Notes under the pieces: model-generated
The model's database searches: none
The model's input: the letters and a program-made list of their open reading frames with translations, nothing else
What the model was told of the DNA's origin: nothing
Shown here: one piece after another, positions 29,657 through 36,983 of the stretch
Layout of the letters: each line of letters opens with the position of its first letter
Numbering within the stretch: position 1 is the stretch's first letter
Origin: an uncultured Anaerolineae bacterium
Lineage (GTDB): Bacteria; Chloroflexota; Anaerolineae; Promineifilales; Promineifilaceae
Direction of reading: 5' to 3'
DNA: 64,000 nt
Assembly: GCA_905479495.1 (NCBI GenBank)
Contig: CAJQMR010000043.1
Span: forward strand, 2,979-66,978
Translations under genes and position numbers: made by a program

Positions 29657-30328
29657 CTAATTGCCAGCCGGATCACGCAAGTAGATGGGGGCTAATGTTT
29701 GGGCATCGTCCACATCACCAGCACGCAGACGCCGCCAACCTAGCTCAGCCAGATAACCTGCCCGACGTACGGCCGTTGCTGGCAGGGCAATCTGGAATGT
29801 CTTGTTGGTTGCCTTAATTTTCTTGGCCGCTTGCGCTGTAATTTCCCCGGCAAAGGTTACACGCCCTTCCAATTTGGGCAGCAGATCATCCCAACTTTCT
29901 ATCAGCGGGGTCTCAGCAGTTTGCCAGCCAAGGCCGTTTTCCCATTCATACGGTGCCGTGCAAATGCGAGTCCGTCCCGCTTCGGCCACCACCCACAGCT
30001 GTCCTGGAAACGGACCAAAGGCTGCGGCAACAATGTCCAGCGTGCCAATGCCCAGCAGCGGCGTCTGGTTGGCCAATGCCAATCCTTTGGCTAAGGCCAG
30101 GCCCACCCGCAACCCGGTGTAAGAGCCAGGGCCAACCGCCACAGCAATTCCCTCCAAATCCAATGCAGTAACGCTGGCCCGCTGCATCATCTGCTGCAAA
30201 TTTGGGGTGAGCTCAATGGTGTGGTTATTCAAACAGCGCCACCCCATTTCGGCCACAACGGCCGTTCCATCGTGCAGCGCCATTCCCAGCCAGCGCGTTG
30301 CTGTATCAATCGCTAAAATCATTATCAA
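29657..30328 (-). CDS. tsaB: tRNA t6A biosynthesis protein TsaB
   Basis: 223 aa. N-terminus ILAIDTATRWLGMAL and motif GPGSYTGLRVG. It overlaps tsaE by 4 nt. Confidence 0.9.
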   Translation of the reverse strand: MIMILAIDTATRWLGMALHDGTAVVAEMGWRCLNNHTIELTPNLQQMMQRASVTALDLEGIAVAVGPGSYTGLRVGLALAKGLALANQTPLLGIGTLDIVAAAFGPFPGQLWVVAEAGRTRICTAPYEWENGLGWQTAETPLIESWDDLLPKLEGRVTFAGEITAQAAKKIKATNKTFQIALPATAVRRAGYLAELGWRRLRAGDVDDAQTLAPIYLRDPAGN

Positions 30329-30825
30329 ACCCCAAAGGCACTCTTTTTAAAATCTTCCAATAGTTCGGCGGATCGTTCACCGGTAGCATTGATGCGTAGT
30401 TTACGCCGGGTTTCACTCACGTAACTCAACCCAATCCACAGCCGGTCTTCCGGCAGCAGCGCCTCAATGCGCTCCGGCCATTCAATCATCACGGCCCCAG
30501 CGCCATACAAAATATCTTCCAGCCCTACTGTTAGCTGATCTTCTGCTGCTTCTAGCCGGTAACAATCAATATGGTAAAGGATACGGCCGTCTGCCAGCCG
30601 AGGATATTCATTCACCAGCGTGAACGTTGGGCTGGTTACCCGCAACCCGGTGCCCCAGCCCCGGCCAATGCCACGCGCCAACGCCGTTTTGCCAGCTCCC
30701 AACTCCCCAGCCAGGCAAAGCAAATCCTGTGCCTGCAACAGTTCGCCCAGGCGCACACCCAAGCGAGTCGTCTGTTCCACGCTGCTGCTTACAAAATCAA
30801 TTGTCCAGCGATCCAATATAGCCAT
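30325..30825 (-). CDS. tsaE: tRNA t6A biosynthesis ATPase TsaE
   Basis: 166 aa. P-loop GELGAGKTALARG and SPTFTLVNEY. Confidence 0.9.
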   Translation of the reverse strand: MAILDRWTIDFVSSSVEQTTRLGVRLGELLQAQDLLCLAGELGAGKTALARGIGRGWGTGLRVTSPTFTLVNEYPRLADGRILYHIDCYRLEAAEDQLTVGLEDILYGAGAVMIEWPERIEALLPEDRLWIGLSYVSETRRKLRINATGERSAELLEDFKKSAFGV

Positions 30826-30931
30826 TTAGTCACCTGCCGCTTAAATTCACGGCTGATTTATTATACCCTCTCCCGTTGATCATGGTATCATAAACAACGT
30901 CTCAAATGAGGCAAGAAATTCTTAAAGCAGA

Positions 30932-31681
30932 TTGTTTATGCGAATTCTTATAATATCTGACATCCACGCCAATCTCACCGCTTTCCAAGCCGTGTTAGAA
31001 CATGCCAAAAACCAATGGGACGTTATCTGGTTTCTAGGCGATCTCGTTGGCTACGGGCCAGACCCAAACGAATGTGTCCAGGAACTGCAAAAACATAACC
31101 ACATTGCGCTGTCCGGTAATCATGATCAAGCCGTTTTGGGGAATCTAGATATTAAATCCTTTAATCGAGAAGCAAAATTTGCCATTACCTGGACAAAAGA
31201 AGCTATCAGCCCAGAAACGGAAAGCTATTTAAAAAACTTGCCCTCTAAACAAGTGGAAGGGGATTTTACCCTGGCCCACGCCAGTCCACGCTACCCGGTA
31301 TGGGAATATATTTTAGACCCCCTCACCGCCTCAGAAAATTTCAACTGGTTTCAAACGGAATTTTGCCTGGTTGGTCACACGCATGTGCCCGTTATCTTTG
31401 AGGAAAGATTAAACGGTTTTCGCAAAGTAAACGTGCGCCCACCCCAATATGGTCAGGGGCGCGACGCGCTTTACTTGGGACCAGAACGGCTCATCATCAA
31501 CCCCGGCAGTGTTGGCCAACCCCGTGACTCTGATCCCCGCGCTGCCTATGCCCTCCTCGACACCGAGTCAATGACCTGGTCTTATCAGCGGGTTCCCTAC
31601 GCCATCCATGAAGTACAAGAGCGCATGGAAAAGTTTGGTATGCCCAAGCGACTGGTAAACCGATTAGCCTACGGCATCTGA
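30932..31681 (+). CDS. Metallophosphoesterase (YfcE/MJ0936-like)
   Basis: 249 aa with ISDIHAN, GDLVGYGPDP, GNHD and GHTH. Confidence 0.8.
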   Translation: MFMRILIISDIHANLTAFQAVLEHAKNQWDVIWFLGDLVGYGPDPNECVQELQKHNHIALSGNHDQAVLGNLDIKSFNREAKFAITWTKEAISPETESYLKNLPSKQVEGDFTLAHASPRYPVWEYILDPLTASENFNWFQTEFCLVGHTHVPVIFEERLNGFRKVNVRPPQYGQGRDALYLGPERLIINPGSVGQPRDSDPRAAYALLDTESMTWSYQRVPYAIHEVQERMEKFGMPKRLVNRLAYGI

Positions 31682-31830
31682 TTTTCCACACCCAGAACTT
31701 TCTACTGGATTTGTAAATGTGGCTCACTTCAATACCAACCTACAGAAGGTTGGGAACTTTTCGCCAGATTCTTGCGTTCTACTCTCTAGAAGCACAAATT
31801 AATTAATCAAACACTCAGGAGAGCATTATC

Positions 31831-32802
31831 ATGACCCGCAAAAAAATATTCGTCATTGCAGCGACTTTATTCTTACTTCTTTTGGTTGCCTGTGGTGGAG
31901 CTGCCTATTCAGAAGACTCAGCTTCTTCTGCGCCAGCCGCCATGCCTGCACGGGACACGTACAGCGGTGGGGATACGGCCGATTTTGAAATGGTTGAAGC
32001 AGAAGCGATGGATGAGATGGCAGGTGAAGATGGCAGCTTTGGCGTAAGCACGACCAACCAGGGTTCCAACGTCCAGCCCTTCCAGGAACGGCTTATCATT
32101 CGCACCGCCAATATGAGCCTGGTTGTGGCCGACACGGAAGAAGCCATGGCCACCATCAGCCAGATGGCCGAAGAAAACGGCGGCTGGGTGGTGAACAGCT
32201 CCGTCTTCCAGTACAACGAAAATGCCAAAACGGGCAACATCACTATCCGTGTGCCCTCTTCTGGATTTAACAGCGCCCTGGAAGCGCTGCGCAGTATGTC
32301 GGTTGAGGTGCGCAATGAAAGCACCTCTGGCCAGGACGTGACCGAAGAGTTTGTCGATGTCTCGGCCCGATTGGAGAATCTAGAAGCTACGGCCGATCGC
32401 GTGCGTGGCTTCCTGGATGATACCGAAACGGTGGAAGAGGCATTGCAAGTGAATCAGGAGCTAAGCCGTCTGGAGAGCGACATTGAAGCCATGAAAGGCC
32501 GCCTGCAATATTTGAGCCAATCCGCTTCCTTCTCCACCATTACCGTAGACCTGACGCCTGACATCGTCTCCCAACCGATTGAAACATCCAGCTGGCGGCC
32601 TGCGCGGGTTTTCCGCAATGCAGTGGATTCTCTGGTTGATGCCCTGCAAGAGGTAGCCGAGTTTGGTATCTGGTTTGCCATTTACCTGCTGCCCTTGCTG
32701 CTCATCGTGGGCATTCCGCTGTGGCTGGTTGGTCGTTTTATCTGGCGGCGCTGGCGACGACGCGGAACAGTTCAAACGGAAACGGCCGTTTCCAGCGAAT
32801 AA
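31831..32802 (+). CDS. DUF4349-like lipoprotein with a C-terminal TM anchor
   Basis: 323 aa. Lipobox LLVACGG, a coiled-coil central part and a C-terminal TM plus basic tail (RRWRRRG). Confidence 0.65.
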   Translation: MTRKKIFVIAATLFLLLLVACGGAAYSEDSASSAPAAMPARDTYSGGDTADFEMVEAEAMDEMAGEDGSFGVSTTNQGSNVQPFQERLIIRTANMSLVVADTEEAMATISQMAEENGGWVVNSSVFQYNENAKTGNITIRVPSSGFNSALEALRSMSVEVRNESTSGQDVTEEFVDVSARLENLEATADRVRGFLDDTETVEEALQVNQELSRLESDIEAMKGRLQYLSQSASFSTITVDLTPDIVSQPIETSSWRPARVFRNAVDSLVDALQEVAEFGIWFAIYLLPLLLIVGIPLWLVGRFIWRRWRRRGTVQTETAVSSE

Positions 32803-32820
32803 CACAAGCTCAAGAACCAA

Positions 32821-32872
32821 CCTCCCGGAGGCTTTAGCTCAAAGTATCTTCAAAAGCGAAACCTCCGGGAGG
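32821..32872 (+). terminator. Hairpin (CCTCCCGGAGG ... CCTCCGGGAGG) with a T-rich tail after the DUF4349 gene
   Basis: Perfect 11-bp arms separated by 30 nt, followed by CTTTCTTATTTATTTTTA. Confidence 0.45.
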
Positions 32873-32887
32873 CTTTCTTATTTATTT

Positions 32888-33652
32888 TTATGCCCCGGTT
32901 TGAATCTTCTCAATCGCTTGTCGCACTGCCCCAGAACAGTTTTGAAACTGCTTGGACCCTTGCATCTCAATAGTCCGCGGTCGTGGCAGGGCAATTTCGA
33001 TGCGCTCAGTAATGGTAGCTGGCTGTCCTCCCATCACCACCACCTCATCAGCCAGCAATACCGCTTCGGCAATGCTGTGAGTAACCATGAACACCGTAAT
33101 GGGCAGTGCAGCCCAAATACGCAGCAGTTCCTGCCCCATGCGCTCCCGCGTCAGGGCATCCAATGCCCCAAATGGTTCATCTAGCAGCAGCAGCGCTGGC
33201 CGATGCACCAGCGCCCGGGCCAGGGCCACCCGCTGCGCCATCCCACCAGACAACTGCGCTGGATAGCTTTGCTCATTGCCGGTGAGTCCCACCAAATTCA
33301 ACATATCCTGTACGGCCGTATCCGACTCTGCCAGCGACGCACCTTTGACCTCTAGCGGCAGACGCACATTTTCATAAGCGGTGCGCCAGGGCATGAGATT
33401 ATCCTTTTGGAACATGAGGCCAATCGAAGGCGGCTGGCCGTTGAGCTGGTTAGCATACTGAATTTGGCCGGAAGACGGCCGTAATAACCCCGCCAGCAAA
33501 CGCACCAGCGTCGATTTTCCCACGCCCGATGGCCCCACCAACGCCGTAAAGCCCCCCGCAGGCAGCGAAAACGACAAGTTAGTCAAGACTTTTTGCTTGT
33601 CTCCAAAAACGTGGCTAACGTTTTGGACGGTAAGAAAGGATTTCTGAGACAT
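32888..33652 (-). CDS. ABC transporter ATP-binding protein (NitT/TauT-type)
   Basis: 254 aa. Walker A GPSGVGKST, signature LSGGMAQRV and Walker B LLLDEPF. Confidence 0.9.
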   Translation of the reverse strand: MSQKSFLTVQNVSHVFGDKQKVLTNLSFSLPAGGFTALVGPSGVGKSTLVRLLAGLLRPSSGQIQYANQLNGQPPSIGLMFQKDNLMPWRTAYENVRLPLEVKGASLAESDTAVQDMLNLVGLTGNEQSYPAQLSGGMAQRVALARALVHRPALLLLDEPFGALDALTRERMGQELLRIWAALPITVFMVTHSIAEAVLLADEVVVMGGQPATITERIEIALPRPRTIEMQGSKQFQNCSGAVRQAIEKIQTGA

Positions 33653-33672
33653 CTCTGGTAATTGGGCAATTA

Positions 33673-33709
33673 AGTCATTGGGTTACTGCAAGCTAATTAC
33701 CCAATGACT
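33673..33709. repeat. Unit-repeat hairpin (AGTCATTGGGT / ACCCAATGACT, perfect 11-bp stem; AATTGGG-type units)
   Basis: Lies between the ABC ATPase start and the binding-protein stop. Confidence 0.7.
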
Positions 33710-33720
33710 CAATGACATAT

Positions 33721-34704
33721 TTACTCGTTGCTTGCTAAAACAAACTGGTTGGTGAAAACGGCCGTTAAATCCGGCAGCGGCGCATCCAGCAACCCCGCAT
33801 CCAGCAGCACTTGCTGGGTGTTTTGCCACGATTCCAGGTCCGATAGGCCCAATGTGTCGGCCTGCCACAGCGGCAGCGACGCTGCCAAAACCGCCTGGCG
33901 GTCATCGTCTAGCCCCTCAACATAATTTTTACTGATCGCAAAGGCTCCATTAGGGTCAGCCAGGGTGTCCGCCAGGCCGCGCAAGGCCGCGCCCACAAAT
34001 CGTGCCACCATCTCTGGATTTTCAGCAAGTGTCGTCTCATTGGTGATGATGCCGTTGGCCACCATATCGATGTAATCGGACACCTGAATGACATTGATGG
34101 CCTCACCGCGCCCGGCCAGTTGCACCGGTTCATTGTTGGCATAGCCTACCACCGCCTCAGACTGGCCGCTCAGCAGAGATTCAATTTGGTTAAAACCAAT
34201 ATCCTGGCCCGCCACATCTTCTGGCTGTAGGCCGCTGGCAGAAAGCAGGCCAAGATAGCCAATGTAGCTCGCACCAAAAAAGCCAGGGAGTCCTACGGAA
34301 CGGCCGTCTAAATCTGCCGGTGTTTCAATATTGGCCTCTTCCTTGCTTACCACAGCAATGGGGAACTTTTGGAACCATTCCATCACGTAGACCACCGGTA
34401 TCTCCTGTGAACGGGCCAGCAACACCTGCTCTCCACTGACAATAGCAAAAGGCAGTTCATTGGCCCCCACCAACGAAACACCATCTGTTTCAAAACTGTA
34501 ATCAAATGCCACGTCAAACCCAGCTTCTTCAAAGTAACCTTTATCTACAGCTACGTAAAATGGCGCAAACTGCGGATCGGCAACATAGCCCATGGGCAAT
34601 CGAAGCGGCATCAATTCTGTTTCAGCCGGTTCCTCTGGCTTACAGGCAGCCAACAGCAATACAATTGTAAAAATGCCAATGAATATGCGAAATTTCTTTT
34701 GCAT
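33721..34704 (-). CDS. ABC transporter substrate-binding lipoprotein, NMT1/THI5-like (ThiY/SsuA-type fold)
   Basis: 327 aa. Lipobox LLLAAC and an NMT1/THI5-like pattern (LRLPMGYVADPQFAPFYVAVDKGYFEEAG). Confidence 0.8.
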   Translation of the reverse strand: MQKKFRIFIGIFTIVLLLAACKPEEPAETELMPLRLPMGYVADPQFAPFYVAVDKGYFEEAGFDVAFDYSFETDGVSLVGANELPFAIVSGEQVLLARSQEIPVVYVMEWFQKFPIAVVSKEEANIETPADLDGRSVGLPGFFGASYIGYLGLLSASGLQPEDVAGQDIGFNQIESLLSGQSEAVVGYANNEPVQLAGRGEAINVIQVSDYIDMVANGIITNETTLAENPEMVARFVGAALRGLADTLADPNGAFAISKNYVEGLDDDRQAVLAASLPLWQADTLGLSDLESWQNTQQVLLDAGLLDAPLPDLTAVFTNQFVLASNE

Positions 34705-34768
34705 CCTATTGTTTTCCTTTGCTTTTAGTAGCTGGTGGCAAACCGTTATGACTTGTTACCAGCCAATA

Positions 34769-35539
34769 CTACTGATTCATTTGCCAGCGCAGCAGCCGCT
34801 TTTCCACAATGGTCACCAATCCATACAGGCTCAACGCAATGGCAGACAGCGTAAACAGAACCACAAATACCAAATCAGTTTTGAACTGATAGCGGGCGGT
34901 GATGAGCAAATAACCTAAGCCCTCCGTTTTTGGCTGGACAAACTCCCCCACCAGCGCACCAATCACACTCAGCGTCGCCCCCAGCTTAAACCCGGCTAGA
35001 ACAATTGGCAGGGCAGCGGGCCATTCCAATTTGCGGAAGGTTTGCCAGCGCGTGGCCTGCAAAGAATCCATCAACTCGTACAGCTCACGCGGCACAGAGC
35101 GTAGTCCGGCAATGATGTTGATCAACACTGGAAAGAAGACCACCAGAACCGCCACCAACACCCGCGCCCAAAACGTGGAACGTATCCAAATGGTTAGTAA
35201 AGGGGCAACGGCAATCACGGGAATTGCCTGGGAAGCAATGAGGTAAGGGGAGATTAATCGTTCGGCCAACGGCGATTTGGCTAACAAGTAGCCCAGCGGC
35301 AGCGAAATAGACGCGCCGATGAGCAGGCCGGGTATCACTTCGCTGACGGTAATAAGGCTGTGGCGCAGCAAACGGCCGTCTGCCAGCACCAGCCCAAACT
35401 GCCGGGCCACATCCAGCGGGCCGGGCAAAATAAACTTATCGTAGGCACCCAGCCACACCAGCAGCTGCCATAGCAAAAGCAGCAGCACAAAGGAAAGGGA
35501 AACCGTCACCGAAACAGGCTGCCGACGCAACCAGCTCAT
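34769..35539 (-). CDS. ABC transporter permease (BPD inner-membrane component)
   Basis: ORF 34769..35605. I prefer the ATG at 35539 (MSWLRRQPV...). It has multiple TM segments and an EAA-like loop. Confidence 0.85.
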   Translation of the reverse strand: MSWLRRQPVSVTVSLSFVLLLLLWQLLVWLGAYDKFILPGPLDVARQFGLVLADGRLLRHSLITVSEVIPGLLIGASISLPLGYLLAKSPLAERLISPYLIASQAIPVIAVAPLLTIWIRSTFWARVLVAVLVVFFPVLINIIAGLRSVPRELYELMDSLQATRWQTFRKLEWPAALPIVLAGFKLGATLSVIGALVGEFVQPKTEGLGYLLITARYQFKTDLVFVVLFTLSAIALSLYGLVTIVEKRLLRWQMNQ

Positions 35540-35641
35540 ATAATTCCTCACAAATTTGTCGGGGCAAGGTAAAAGTGCACGCGGGGAACAGCTGCCAGAG
35601 AACACCTGTCAAACAAAAACGGCCGTTTCCAACCCATGCCA

Positions 35642-35669
35642 CAAAAAAGCCCCACAACAAATGTGGGGC
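35642..35669 (-). terminator. Leader terminator (expression platform) upstream of the ABC permease gene
   Basis: Minus strand GCCCCACA-TTTGT-TGTGGGGC followed by TTTTTT. It lies between the structured leader and the permease start. Confidence 0.7.
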
Positions 35670-35713
35670 AACAAAAGCATGGCATGACAAACAAAAACGC
35701 AGCGCGTCTCGTT

Positions 35714-35868
35714 TACCTTCTCCCATCCAGACTATACTGTCGGCTCTGGAGTCTCACCAGATCAACAGCGATTGATAAATCGCCGTTCGCGGGCTTGGCC
35801 TGCGCGGGCCTCACCGCCGGTCGGGAATTGAGCGTCAGATTTTGCGCTCGCACCCTGCCCCGAAGGTA
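35714..35868 (-). promoter_or_regulatory. Structured 5' leader, candidate riboswitch aptamer (class unresolved; cobalamin-like core motifs)
   Basis: A 7-bp closing helix UACCUUC...GAAGGUA encloses ~140 nt of GC-rich helices. Minus-strand motifs are GGGUGCGA..AAAUCUGACGC..CCCGACCGGCGGUGAGG and AGUCUGGAUGGGA. A near-consensus promoter lies upstream and a terminator downstream. Confidence 0.5.
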
Positions 35869-35888
35869 TTTATTTTCTTGTGGGGTTG

Positions 35889-35916
35889 ATTATACAGAAG
35901 CGGGGGGGGGCGTCAA
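35889..35916 (-). promoter_or_regulatory. Near-consensus sigma-70 promoter TTGACG-N16-TATAAT driving the leader and ABC operon
   Basis: The -35 is the reverse complement of 35911-35916 and the -10 that of 35889-35894. The spacer contains a run of nine G:C pairs (35902-35910). Confidence 0.6.
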
Positions 35917-36144
35917 TTGTTTTTTGCGGTTTATGGAGAGGAGAATGGAGGAACGGCCGTTTCCTGCACCACATCAATCGACATCCGCCAGCAGAATAAC
36001 AGCTCTGGCAACGCTTCCTCTTTTCTAATCTGAAACGAGATTTTCATGCCACTAAAGTTATGTTAGCCTTTTCCCATCTATACCGGATCTATGTTATACT
36101 GACGGGCGCAAAGTAGCAGATATTTATTTAAGGAGTCAATTCTA

Positions 36145-36318
36145 ATGGCCAAAGTAAGAAAACGGCGTCAGCCCAAAAAGAAACCACCACAAATTTCAGA
36201 GAAAAACCGGATTTACAATCGCAAACGCACCTTTGCCGAGAAGTTCTTGCTGGTGATGGGTATTCTCATCGTACTCAGCATGGTTTTGACCCTGGTTATT
36301 TCCCGAAATGGTTTTTAA
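36145..36318 (+). CDS. Small (57 aa) basic, single-TM membrane protein
   Basis: Below the ORF-track cutoff. AGGAG lies 8 nt upstream of the ATG, and a possible extended -10 TGTTATACT is upstream. Translation: MAKVRKRRQPKKKPPQISEKNRIYNRKRTFAEKFLLVMGILIVLSMVLTLVISRNGF. Confidence 0.45.
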   Translation: MAKVRKRRQPKKKPPQISEKNRIYNRKRTFAEKFLLVMGILIVLSMVLTLVISRNGF

Positions 36319-36417
36319 TATTTTCGAGCAGTAACCGTAACGCGCCTTATCCCCGGCACTGCCTGCCGCAGCCTGCCGGGGGTGACAGGCAACCACAATC
36401 AATCATTCAGATAACGC

Positions 36418-36816
36418 CTACAGCGCTCCCTCCTCACAAATAGCGTCAGCCTCAATTTCTACCAACATTTCTGGCTCCAGCAGGGAGTTTACTTCTACCA
36501 GCGTTGCCGCCGGGCGAATTTGCCCAAACAGTTCGCCGTGCGCTCGCGCCACTTCATCCCAATCAGTTACATCCGTAACGTAGATGCGGGTCCGCACAAC
36601 ATCCGTTAGGGCTGCGCCTGCATTTTGCAGCGCTTGCTCAATTTTGTTCAGGATGAATACGGTTTGGGCATAGGGATCATCAGCGCCAACGAGATCGCCA
36701 TCACCATTTACGGCCGTTGTGCCTGCCACATGCACAAAGGGGCCAACTCGTACTGCACGCGAATAACCCACAATTGATTCCCAGGGGGTGCCGCTTGAAA
36801 TGTTCATCCGTTTCAT
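36418..36816 (-). CDS. RidA/YjgF-family reactive-intermediate deaminase
   Basis: ORF 36418..36882. I prefer the ATG at 36816 (MKRMNISSGTPWESIVGYSRAVRVGPFVHVAGT), which has AAGGAG 6 nt upstream. Confidence 0.85.
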   Translation of the reverse strand: MKRMNISSGTPWESIVGYSRAVRVGPFVHVAGTTAVNGDGDLVGADDPYAQTVFILNKIEQALQNAGAALTDVVRTRIYVTDVTDWDEVARAHGELFGQIRPAATLVEVNSLLEPEMLVEIEADAICEEGAL

Positions 36817-36919
36817 CGCATTCTCCTTATTGATCCAAAGCGCATTCTCTAACGCTATTGGTGAGCCAGAGGATTGTAACAAAGTTAAATAGGTGAACCA
36901 AACGCACTAGAAAGCATAA

Positions 36920-36950
36920 CGCCCCCTGGCCAGCGAATTGCCAGGGGGCG
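36920..36950 (-). terminator. Hairpin after the FecR-type anti-sigma gene
   Basis: Perfect 11-bp stem CGCCCCCTGGC / GCCAGGGGGCG. The T-tail on the minus strand is weak. Confidence 0.45.
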
Positions 36951-36983
36951 TTAGCTAATGGAAAGAGCAGAAAAAGCTATCGC

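Noticed and set aside
35714-35868. A TPP (THI-box) riboswitch, expected from the THI5/NMT1-like binding protein.
   Set aside because: The invariant CUGAGA and ACCUGAUCUGGAUAAUGCCAGCG-type elements are not present. Only loose resemblance exists (UGAGA, and a GAC-AGUAUA-GUC hairpin before GGGA). I left the class open pending a covariance-model search.
35636-36028. A 130-aa plus-strand ORF across the ABC operon upstream region.
   Set aside because: It overlaps the promoter, structured leader and terminator on the minus strand. It has no RBS and an Arg/Cys-rich composition.
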